A stretch of DNA of 64,000 nt from Neophaeotheca triangularis (Eukaryota), in contig BAAIJX010000034.1 in NCBI GenBank assembly GCA_054600435.1, positions 124,001 through 188,000 of the forward strand, read 5' to 3'. This document shows, in pieces, positions 25,379 through 35,364 of this stretch; the first letter of the stretch is position 1; every line of letters begins with the position of its first letter. Made by a program: the position numbers and the translations under genes. The notes below the pieces were generated by a model. The model had not been told where the DNA came from. It worked only from the letters and a program-made list of their open reading frames with translations, and ran no database searches.

Positions 25379-26737
25379 ATGTCAAACGAATTCGCCAAAG
25401 CCTTTGACGCAGCAAACTACGAACACAAACCCCCACCATGGCACGACCGACCCTGCAAACCCTCCAGCATTGCCTCCGAATCCCAACGAGCAATCGATGT
25501 CTACATGATGTCCCAGCGACCCAATGGTGAAATGGGCGGAATAGGCTGGTGGCAGACGGCAAACGGCTACACCGCAATGGCCCTCCACGACAAATGGAGC
25601 GGACAACGCCAGAATTACCCCAAAATCGCCCAAGCCATGAAAAAGTGCGAATCGGAATGCCACAAGGACTTCATCAACGAATTCAACGACGATACTCTAT
25701 GGTGGGGACTGCTGTGCTGTCACATGTACGAGCTGGAAAAGGATGGCTGGTTCTTGGAAAAGGCAAAAGTAATCTGGCAGTACATCAAAAACGGCAAGTC
25801 CTGCTGCGGAAGAGGACAATACCATTTCAACGACCAAGACATGGAGGGTGCCGTCTTCTGGACAACCCGCCCCGGCGAAGGCCAAATCAACTCCATAACC
25901 ACCGGCCTCTTCGCCGAACTCAGCGTCCGCCTGGCCTTGATCGAAATGAAACGCGGCGATGCCACCCTGCACCCCAACAACAACAATACCAGCCGGCCCT
26001 CCTCCAAAGAACGCCGACCCTCCTCAAGAGATACCACCGAAGAAAAACGCAGCTCCTGGCGCGGCCTCGGCGGCTTCCTCAACTCGGCACAAAAAACTCT
26101 CAAAGAAACCACTACCCCTCTCATCACCCCTAACAAAGCACTAATCGAAACCTACCTCTCAACCGCCCGCACCTCCCTGGCCTGGATCCTCCGCTGCCGC
26201 TACCGCCCCCGCGAAGCCGTCGTCCTCGACACCATCAAGCTCAAAAAGCAAGAATCCCTCGACTGGGCCTTTACCTACCTGACCGGAGTCACTCTCTCCG
26301 CTTGCGTCCTGATGTACGAAGCAACACGAGAAAAGCTCTTCATGGTCCTCGCCTGCCACATGGCCCACCGCGCCATGCGCAACAGCGCGTGGGTCGAAGC
26401 CGACGGCGTGCTCACAGAATCCGGCGCTTACGGCAAGGGCAAACACAACCCCGTCGACAACAACGACAGCGTTGGTTTCAAATCCGTGCTCGTGCGTGCC
26501 CTGGGCGTGCTCCTGGCCGTTATCAGGCGCACCGGCTGTACCTTGCCCGAAGCACGCATGGAGGAGGCTTTGGTCGGCAAGTTTTTGGCTATCCAGTTCG
26601 AGGCGCTTAGGCATAGGAATTGCAATGATAGTGCGCAGTATGGCCCTTGGTGGGCGGGGCCTATGGAAAAGCCCACGAGTCATAGTCAGTTGGCAGTGCT
26701 GGATGTCATGGCTGCTGTGAAGTTGGTGGATAGGTGA
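25379..26737 (+). CDS. Glycoside hydrolase family 76 protein
   Basis: GWWQTAN, NEFNDDTLWWGL (catalytic DD), GAVFW, INSITTGLF, WAFTYLTG and FKSVLVRAL motifs. First ATG at 25379. Confidence 0.85.
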   Translation: MSNEFAKAFDAANYEHKPPPWHDRPCKPSSIASESQRAIDVYMMSQRPNGEMGGIGWWQTANGYTAMALHDKWSGQRQNYPKIAQAMKKCESECHKDFINEFNDDTLWWGLLCCHMYELEKDGWFLEKAKVIWQYIKNGKSCCGRGQYHFNDQDMEGAVFWTTRPGEGQINSITTGLFAELSVRLALIEMKRGDATLHPNNNNTSRPSSKERRPSSRDTTEEKRSSWRGLGGFLNSAQKTLKETTTPLITPNKALIETYLSTARTSLAWILRCRYRPREAVVLDTIKLKKQESLDWAFTYLTGVTLSACVLMYEATREKLFMVLACHMAHRAMRNSAWVEADGVLTESGAYGKGKHNPVDNNDSVGFKSVLVRALGVLLAVIRRTGCTLPEARMEEALVGKFLAIQFEALRHRNCNDSAQYGPWWAGPMEKPTSHSQLAVLDVMAAVKLVDR

Positions 26738-28455
26738 GGAGAGGCGAGGCACTAAAGGGGGGTATCGAAAAGGTCTTTTCAAGAAATCGGGATTCCAACG
26801 ATTGACTGGTCAAACTTTTGGATTCTGTCGGTTGGCGGTGAGTGGGGTTCTCGGCAGTGGCGATGGAACTAGACGGTGGCATAGACGAATAGATGGATAG
26901 ACCTTTGACTCTCAAAATACCCTCACCCTACTCTAAACCCCTCCTCTCATCTACCCAGCTCTACAGCACAGTCCGCCGCAAAAGCAAACCCATCCAATCC
27001 TTCCTTCTCCATCACGAAAAATCTCACCCCGCTCACCTCTGCGGACTGCCCAATCCCTTTTCCACCCCACATGCCCCTCTTTAAGTGCCGCAAGCAGTAG
27101 TCCCCAAGTAGGTGCAGTGCTAGCTCCGACTCGACTCCCACGGCCCCTGTGTGCGGCTCGAGACTTCTGGCGGCTATGCGGTTGAAGCCTCTTTTCCCCC
27201 CAAATCCCCTTGCTCTCGCAGTCTTTTTTTTTTTCTTTGATCCCTGGACACTATCGATTTTCTGGACGGGAAGTTTTTGCAAGCGTGTGGGTATGGGCAC
27301 TAGAGGTTGAAAGTTCTCCCCTCCCCCTTTCCCCGCAAGAGAAAAAAAAAAAAAAAAAAGGGAATCTGTTGGCACTCTCAAGGGGAATTGGGTCTGGCTG
27401 CGTTGTTCTTCAGTGCGGTTTTGAGTGAGGCGTGTTTTCGTTTCTTACTAGTTTACGGAGCTTTGAGCGTGCTGGTCGAGATGATTGACGCTCGTGGATC
27501 CCTATCGGTTTCTTTGCGGCGCGGCTGGTTCCAACTTGAGGCTATGGCGTGGAAGTCCGTGGGTTTACTTGAGTGGTTCGGTTGGAAGAGGACTGGGCTC
27601 TTGCTTTTTTTTTTTTTTTTTTTTGGTGTTCTTCTTCTTCTTCTTCTTCTTTTTACGGCTAGATGTTCAGTGGATTGTCGAGAGGTTTCATATCAGTCGC
27701 TCGTGGGGTCCTATGTTCTGGCCCTTCTATCTCAGTCGCTAGGTAGTGGTTCGAGACTTGCGGGTAGTGTTAGTGTATTGGAATGGGTGTGTGTTGAAGG
27801 GGAGTTTGGGAGGGATTTGTGGTGGGTTGGATCGTTGGCAGTGAATTCTTGCTGAATTTGCGAGCTCTTCGCGGAATGGAGAGGTAGGCGATCGATCTCT
27901 TTTTGGGAGGAGGGGCGGGGGTGGGTGCTAGAGAGATCTCCTGTGATCTCAGGGGTAACCAGGAGGATCAAAGCTTGGGTGGAACGCCTCATTTCTTCCA
28001 ATGCTTTTGCAAGCGTTGAAACATCACTGTTTTCCTACGATGGGCCTCTCAATTGTTGTTAGATGAGTAGCTAGGGTTTAAGTAGATGCAGCTGGAAGCC
28101 ATGCCTGTACCTTCGGGCCAGCTCGTCAGCTCTCCGCTCCATGATCCTATGCATTGCGAACTGACCTACCGGTTTCCCATTGCTCAGAACTGCGGATAGC
28201 TGCAGCTACCAGCTGAAAAAGGCTCCATAGAAAAGGTACATATCCGGTCCCGAGCAGACTCTGATTTCTACTCTTGATTGCTAATGCATTCAATAAATCT
28301 GCCGGCTGAATCGCACTAGCGCTGAGCTGTGTCATAATAATAGTGTCGATGTCTACTGCCAGTTCCAAGCTCCTTAGCCATTTCACATTTCAGGTTAAAC
28401 CCTCAAGGCTTTATATGTTCTTCACCCTTCTTCCCTACATCATCACTAGCGATTC

Positions 28456-28648
28456 GGATCTTTGGCGCAGTGGTAGCGCGTCTTGGTCAAAGGAGTAGTC
28501 AGCCCGAGAGGGCAGCCGGGACGCCGGCTTTGGGGGTACTTAATTGTACCCTTAGTGGGAGGTTCATCCTCCCATTAAGGCCATTGGCCCGTGTTTAGAC
28601 TGCTGCCGTCAATCGAGATGGTCCCGTGTTCGATTCATGGAGGATCCG
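28456..28648 (+). ncRNA. tRNA-like gene 1 with ~121-nt structured insert (nominal anticodon CAA, non-canonical)
   Basis: Acceptor stem GGATCTT/AGGATCC; D-arm GCGC-AGTGGTA-GCGC (A box); anticodon stem TCTTG/CGAGA; variable loop TGGTC; T-arm CCGTG-TTCGATT-CATGG (B box); TTTTT at 28657-28661. Confidence 0.85.
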
Positions 28649-29224
28649 GTCTCTTCTTTTTGTTGGCTTTTGCTTCTTGCTTTGAAAGTGTCCGTAAGGC
28701 GACTCTGGGAATCAGGAGCTTGAGCAGCAAAAGCTCGATCAGTCCTCGGGGATTGGGGGAGATGGGGCACCTAATTGCAGCGAACACAAGACGGTTTTGC
28801 CTGCTTCTGACTGCCAGATTGCTTTTTCTTACGCATTCGCGACCTTGCAATCTGCTCGTGTAGAGGCGGGAAGCGGCGGATTGATCTGTTGGGCTTTGGA
28901 TGGCTGACTTGATAAGCGTTGGCTGGCTTTGCAATGGTGACAGTGACCGTGTCTTTCGCTGCCAGCACATGCCTTTGCCCTTCACCAGGTTTCGTGCTCG
29001 AACCATAGAAGATCCATTTCTGATTGCAAGATCGCCCCCAGACAGCTTGCGGGCGTCGGGTCTCGAACTTTCAAATGGCATCCTCAGAGTAGCGGGAATA
29101 CAAATCGTCCAGGGGCTGCACTTTATGGTCTTCTGATCTGCCTCCCCCGCTCATCACTGATCTCCATCTGCAGTGACACCTCGAGACTACATTTAGACTC
29201 TCACCAACCTCTACTATCAGCCAA

Positions 29225-29391
29225 GGGTCGTTAGCGCAGTTGGTAGCGCGTCTCAGCTACAAAGCGATATCGTTCCCATGAACGCCGTCGTTGTCAAACA
29301 CCGGCGGGATTCGGCGTGTCCATCACCTGATGGGGGTAAATCGATCGCTGGCGCTTGAGGAAGGTCCCCTGTTCGAGCCAGGGACGACCTA
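29225..29391 (+). ncRNA. tRNA-like gene 2 with ~93-nt structured insert (nominal anticodon TAC, non-canonical)
   Basis: Acceptor stem GGGTCGT/ACGACCT; D-arm GCGC-AGTTGGTA-GCGC; anticodon stem TCTCA/TGAGG; T-arm CCCTG-TTCGAGC-CAGGG; TTTT at 29402-29405. Confidence 0.85.
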
Positions 29392-29879
29392 TTCGTATTC
29401 CTTTTGCATGTTATAATCATTTCTCGACTTTTGATTTTGTGCAAGTATTAGGATCGGCGGTGTGGACGTTGTTTGTTTATCGGCTCGGTTACATGCAGCT
29501 TTTTGTTTGCGCTCCCCGCTCTGACATCCCGCTCAACCAGGACACCTTTCTAAAGGGAGGCTAAAGCCGCACTTTCAAGGGTGCATGTGAGCTCAGGGGA
29601 ATGTGACTGCTGTCGCTAGCACTCGAAAAGCTCCCATACCCCGATTGGGGAGTATCTGTTAATGATTCTTGCTTCCGTTTAACGCACCAGGAGTCTGCCA
29701 ATCTTGAGGCTTATCATGAGAGCTGAACCGTGAACGTGAGAGTCCTCCTGCATACGTTTGGCCAAAACGGGACGTCCTATTTTTCGCCTACCGGAATTGC
29801 CATCCAGCTTCTGGGTGCGCTCAACCTTCCTGGACCCATGTCGCCCCGCCAGCCACAACCCATTCCCGTCGTCTCACCA

Positions 29880-30024
29880 GGGTCGTTGGCGCAGTGGCAG
29901 CGCGTCTAAGTTATCGTGGCAGGTTTGATCCTCTCGACCGGTTGCACCCTGTGGGACACTGCTTGGAGTGTGCGTCAAGCCGACAATCCCGAGGAAGCCC
30001 ACCGCTCGAACGGGTGACGATCCA
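29880..30024 (+). ncRNA. tRNA-like gene 3 (degenerate) with ~71-nt insert
   Basis: Acceptor stem GGGTCGT/ACGATCC; D-arm GCGC-AGTGGCA-GCGC; imperfect anticodon stem; imperfect T-arm CACCG-CTCGAAC-GGGTG; TTTT at 30029-30032. Confidence 0.7.
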
Positions 30025-30166
30025 GTACTTTTGTTCTTCCCTGCTGGTCTAGCCAGTTTTTGCGCGGGGATTAAAAGGTGTCCTTCACTTCCAGACTCTA
30101 AAGAAGATTGACTAGACCAGAACAAAAGTCCCCTCACCGAAGACAGGCCGATAGTTAAGGAAAACT

Positions 30167-31034
30167 TCATTTAGATTCCGATGAAAGCGCCTGCTGCTCC
30201 TGGGCCTCCTGCTTTGCCTGCTGCTCCCTCAAAGCAGCGATCTTGTCCTCCACAACCGCCAACTCAACTTCGACATTCAACATCTTCTTCCTTAGCAAAG
30301 CCTCGTACTCGCCTTCCTTCATGACAGTAACCGGACTCCACTTGCGCTCTGCCAGCCAACGCAGAAAACCCCCCTTTCCCTCGCTTTCCGTCTCCACCCT
30401 CCCATCCCAACGATCATACAGCGCCTGACCCATCCATCCAAAAACCCCGAACATAACCGCTCCGGGCAATACATTAGCGCGCCCACGGAAAACGGCGCCC
30501 GCGATACCTCCAGTTGAGGCTCCGGCGACGGCGGAAGCGGTTTTGATGTCGCTCGCGTTGAGGCCGGAGTAGCTGCCTCCCTGTTCCTGTCCTGGGGCTT
30601 GGGGGGTTTGTGGTCGCTGCCAGGCTGAGAGCAGTAGACTGCGAGTCGCCCAGAAACCGGAGCCGAGACAGAAGGTTTGGATGCCTGTGGCTGTGGCGAA
30701 GAGGGTTGGAGTTGTGGATTTGAGGATTCCTGCTGTGCCGCCTAGGAGGAAGCCTGTGGTGCCTGGGTTTGGGATGTTTGTTAGAGAGAATGACGTTGTG
30801 GAGAACAAGAGCTCCTGTGGGTAGTGTTGTCGCTGTCACGTGCAAGCTAGAAGTAACACATGGACTTGCCAGCGTATGGCCCTGTCTGTATGCCTGATGT
30901 AGACTTGCTTGATTCTTTCGCCACCACCTTTGCCGTCAAGGGGACTTACCTGTGAATGCACCCACCTTCAAGGCGGGCCCGAGGACAGCCGCCACCGAGT
31001 CCCGCGGCAATCCATTATGCTGGCTATTTGCCAT
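30167..31034 (-). CDS. Conserved fungal membrane protein, Tim17/Tim22-like Gly-rich TM helices
   Basis: Exon 1 31034-30950 (MANSQHNGLPRDSVAAVLGPALKVGAFT), GTAAGT...CTAAC...CAG intron, exon 2 30762-30167 (GTTGFLLGGTAGILKS...GRANVLPGAVMFGVFGWMGQ...KWSPVTVM). The family call is an inference. Confidence 0.65.
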
Positions 31035-31428
31035 GACCAAAGGCTCATCCAATCATTGGCTCGATAAATCACACGGGAGAGTGCAGATGCATGATGCCGA
31101 GTGGCAGTTTAGAAGCTGTCAATAGTAACGTTATGCGAATGGCAGAAGGGGGAAAACGGGGGAAATGGCTGAAGCTCATGCGAACTCAAGTTCGCCAGAC
31201 GTCGACGTTTTTTGGGAGCACGGGCCACCCTCCTTGCCAAGAGGAAATTACGATTCTTTAGCAGCTTGTCCTCTCCGACGCCGTCGACTTCACCTGGGCC
31301 CAACGCGAAAATCGCACCTTCAAATACCCTCAACTTTCGACGAATAATAACCGAGCGCGACTTACTAGCGCTCATACTACGCGACTGAAGGAAGAGAAGA
31401 GCAAGCAGCGACTGCAACAACCGCAAGC

Positions 31429-33368
31429 ATGGCGCCCAAAAAGAAGCAGCAGGAGAAGATGAACTTGGGCACGTTTTTGGCGGATCAATGTAAGAGATAT
31501 ACGCGCTGTGGGAAGTAAAGTGCGCTGGACATTTGGCTAACACTTGTACAGCGCTCGGATCGTGGGCCGATGAAATGGATTCGCAGCCTCTGCCCTCTGC
31601 GCCCTCGTCGGGTTACAGCAGCATGAACAGAGACGGAGGCGGAGAAAGGCGTGGCTTCGGCACGGGAGCCTGGGAGCGCTCGGCGAGTGGCACGGGAGAT
31701 CGTGCTGGCAGCGGCTATGGTAAGTCAAGGACAGACGAATGAGAATGAGAATTCCGCGCATTTATTAACAAAGATATTTTCTACAGCCCGCACTGAAGGA
31801 TATGCCCGCCAGGAACGTCAAGAGCTGCCCCTCCCGTCCAAGCCGCCGTACACTGCGCATTTGGGCAACCTCGCCTTCGACGTCAGCTCGGGAGACATTG
31901 AGAGCTTCTTGGGCGAGTGCCAAGTCACCAACGTGCGCATTGTGGAGGACAAGCTTGACCACAAGCCCAAAGGCTTCGGCTATGTCGAATTCGCGACACT
32001 CGACGGCTTGAAGAAGGCCCTCACGCTTACCGAGACAAACTTCATGGGGAGGAACATTCGTATCAGTGTTGCTGATCCACGTAAGTCGTGCCATCCCGAT
32101 ACTCTCCACCTCGCGCACAATTAGACTGACAATATGAAACAGCGAAGGACCGTGGCGGCGACTCGAACCGTGACTTCTCCGACTGGTCCCGCAAGGGGCC
32201 TCTCCCAGACCTTCCTCAGAACAGCCGCAGGCCGAGCGATAGGGGTGCTGGATTCGGTGCTGCGCGCGGCATGGATAACGCTTCAGATGCTGGTGGTGAG
32301 CGCGAAGGCGGTGACAGGAGAAGGCCGGGATTCTTTGAGAACGACAACAAAGTTCGTGACTTCGGCAACTGGGAGCGCAAGGGGCCTCTTACCCCGGCAC
32401 CTGGCGCTGCCCCACCCATGCGCGACGGCGGCAGACTGAAGGAGGGCGGGCCACCCATGGAGAGAAGAGCAAGCCCGGCTTGGGGTGAGGGCCGTTCAGA
32501 GGCTGGATCTAGACCCCCACGCAGGGAGTTTGTCGAGCGTCCGGCTCCCGAGCGCGCCCCAACCGCCGCCGAGCAAGACAGCCAGTGGCGCTCCAAGATG
32601 CGCCCTGACCCCGAGCCAGCCGCGACTCCCGAAGTGTCCACCCCCACCTCTCCCGCCGCCCCCGCCGCACCCAAGGAGCGCCCACGTCTCAACCTAGCCA
32701 AGCGCACCGTCTCTACCGCCGACCCCAGCGCCCCGCCCGCAACCGCTGAAGCCACCGAATCCTCCTCCAAAGCCTCTCCGTTCGGCGCCGCCCGCCCAGT
32801 CGATACAGCGACGAAGGAAAAAGAGATGGCCGAAAAGCGCGAACAAGCCGCCAAGCAAAAAGCCGAAGCCGACGCTAAAGCGCGCGAAGAAAAAGCCGCC
32901 AAAGACGCTGCTGCCCGTGCAGATCGCGCCGACCGCGCCGACAAAGGCCAAGGCGACGAGACCGTTAAATCCCCCACCACCGAGACGGCGCCGCCCACCG
33001 GCCCACGTCGCCCCTCCCGCCAACAACAACAGCAAAATTCCAACAAAAACCCAAAGGAAAACGTCGACCAGCAACAGCGCGAAAAACCCAGTTTCAGTAT
33101 CCTGCAGCGTGATGCCGGCGGCGATGAGCACGATGAAGCACCTTCCGGCGCCGACGCCGAGAACGATGCCAACGGTGCTATCGTCGGCGACAAGGAGACC
33201 AAACCACAGGAAGTCGTGCGTGAGGTTCCCAAGGATGGAAGCGGAGCTACTGCTGAGGAGACGACTGCTGAGGCTATGGATGAGGATGGCTGGAGCACTG
33301 TTGCTGCTAAGCCTAAGACTGGACGCAGGGGTGGAGGGGCTGGCGGGGCGAGGGCGCTGGCTTCTTAG
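31429..33368 (+). CDS. TIF3: Translation initiation factor eIF4B (RRM)
   Basis: Exons 31429-31489, 31552-31719, 31787-32080, 32143-33368. MAPKKKQQEKMNLGTFLAD, SWADE, PPYTAHLGNL (RNP2), KGFGYVEF (RNP1), DW.RKGPL repeats and SPFGAARPVDT. Confidence 0.9.
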
Positions 33369-35364
33369 GTGGGAGTTGGTGATGGCTTTGCTGCGAATGG
33401 GAAGGGGAGAGGTGGTAAAGGTGATGTGCTTGATGATGGTCGCAGGGACTCTATCAGGGGTTCTTGATTGATCGATTGTGTGTGGCTGTGGCTGTATGTA
33501 GGTTGGCGAGGGGGTTGTGCTGACTGAGAGGGTTGTGATGAGCGAGTCCGACGACGCCTTTTCTTGATTCCGACCACGAACAGAGTATAGTTGGTCGGAC
33601 GCGGGAGGAAAACCCGTGGTTTTGACAAAAGGCAAGATGGTATAGCATGGCTATGGCGCTTCAAAAATTTGGTTCTTCTTTCTTTCTCTGTTGGGCTGCC
33701 TGTTTCCCATTTGCCTACCTAGGTATTGTCAATTGTCTACTGTGTACCTATTGTCTGCTGAACCTCTTAAGGACGTAGTATCTAGTGGTGTGTCAAAGGT
33801 TTACGTTCCCGTCAATTCATACTGCAGATTCTGGCTTCGACTTCGGTCTGAGGAGCTTGGTTGAGCGAATCTTGCATTCACCAAAAGTTGAGGTGCCGTC
33901 GTTCCCCTCGTCGAATTTTGGGGAAGTAGACCGGACTCTTCTGCCTTGTCAGTGGATTTGAAGCTGGTGGTGAGACGCAGGTTCACCATCTTTTCTCTTC
34001 TTCTCTGCCCAGATTCCTCACCTTTGCCGCCTCTTTCCTTCATTTGAGGTGGGTGTCTGGCTGAGAGTATTCCACGCTCGATCGCTCGTGGGCCTGAGCG
34101 ATGGGTTACATTCTATCAGATGGTGCGGATGTAAGGCAGGGTGACAAGCACAATAGCCAAGTGGGCACGAAAAGGTTTGATAAGTCAAAGGAACGGCTTG
34201 CTGTCATCTATCTCATTCCTTGTTCTCATGGCTGCCCCCTAATTGCTTCCTCATCTCCTGAGTTTGCTGGCAAGAATCTCTCCATCATTTCCAAAAACAC
34301 CAAGGACTCTTCTATGTGGCCACAATCTGACAGCTGCATGGGTCTCTGTAGTGGCGCCAATGCGGATCGTGCATTGCTTTAGCCAGCTGCACCAAATATC
34401 GGAGACCTTGCTATCCCCGCCAAGATCGCCCGCAAAGATGGCTTTTGGGCACTCTGAGAAGGGGGTCTGAGCCTGTAGCCTGTTTCTTGCCGATACGACA
34501 TGCACTAGTAGGGCTGGTCAATGACAAGGGATTGTTGTTGAAACGATTGCCGTGGTGGTCACGTACTGATGCCCCAGAAACCACGGTAGCACTGCAGAGG
34601 CGACTGACGGAGGAGTCGCTGTTGTCGGCTACTCTACGATTCATGGTCAAACGTTTACCCTTCCTGAGAGTTTGAACAGTGCGTAGCGTTTGCGATGAAG
34701 CTTTACTGCAGGATTATGGCGGATCAACATAGGTCAAGGCATCGACTGTCGAAAGGCTTCATGGTGGAGTCACGGTCTTCGAGCGAACATTCCAATAACC
34801 CCAGACGAGCTGCTCTTTACCCCTTTGGGCTCCAACGGCTGATTTGGCCCTGAGAACGGGACCTGGCCGGTGCCGTAGCCTGTTGCTGCTGGCCTGACTG
34901 CGTACCTTCCCTGTGTGCGCATCAGCGCAGCCATAGGTACAGGTCTTCGTCGAAGCAGTTACGGCGTGTCTCATTGGTCACGGCGAGGAGATGAGGTTTC
35001 CAGACCATTGCAGACGTCCGATCAAAGCATGCTTTCCGTTGTCACTGTGTTTGCATCAGATTGAGAGCGCGAGTGCTTCTTCGCCCATTGTCTCTCGTTG
35101 GGCGACCTCTTGGTACTGTTGTCTTGCCAGTCGCGACCCGAGCGCCTGCGAAAGCGCTGGATGTGCTCAGGAGCTATCCGACCATGGTTCGTGGGGTTCT
35201 TCCTCGTCCACATTTTACCCATCGTACGCAGGATGCTGGTCCAAAGTTTGAGGGCGTGCTCCGGGAAGTTTGGAGCCGAGTGACTTGAATCTGATGCATC
35301 TCAGACTGAATGCTTACGAAAGCTGAGCAAAAGCACACTCGTCACAGTGAAGACGAGCGGTCTC

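Noticed and set aside
26947..28001. ORFs across poly-A/poly-T tracts
   Set aside because: Driven by homopolymers and microsatellites; no coherent gene model.
28456..30024. Reading the tRNA-like elements as SINEs or hammerhead ribozymes
   Set aside because: The insert lies between the A and B boxes, and no shared 3' tail or target-site duplication is seen. No complete CUGANGA/GAAA hammerhead core is present.
30870..30893. Possible 24-nt cassette exon with a GC donor inside the 187-nt intron
   Set aside because: Frame-preserving, but no clear branch point; needs RNA-seq.
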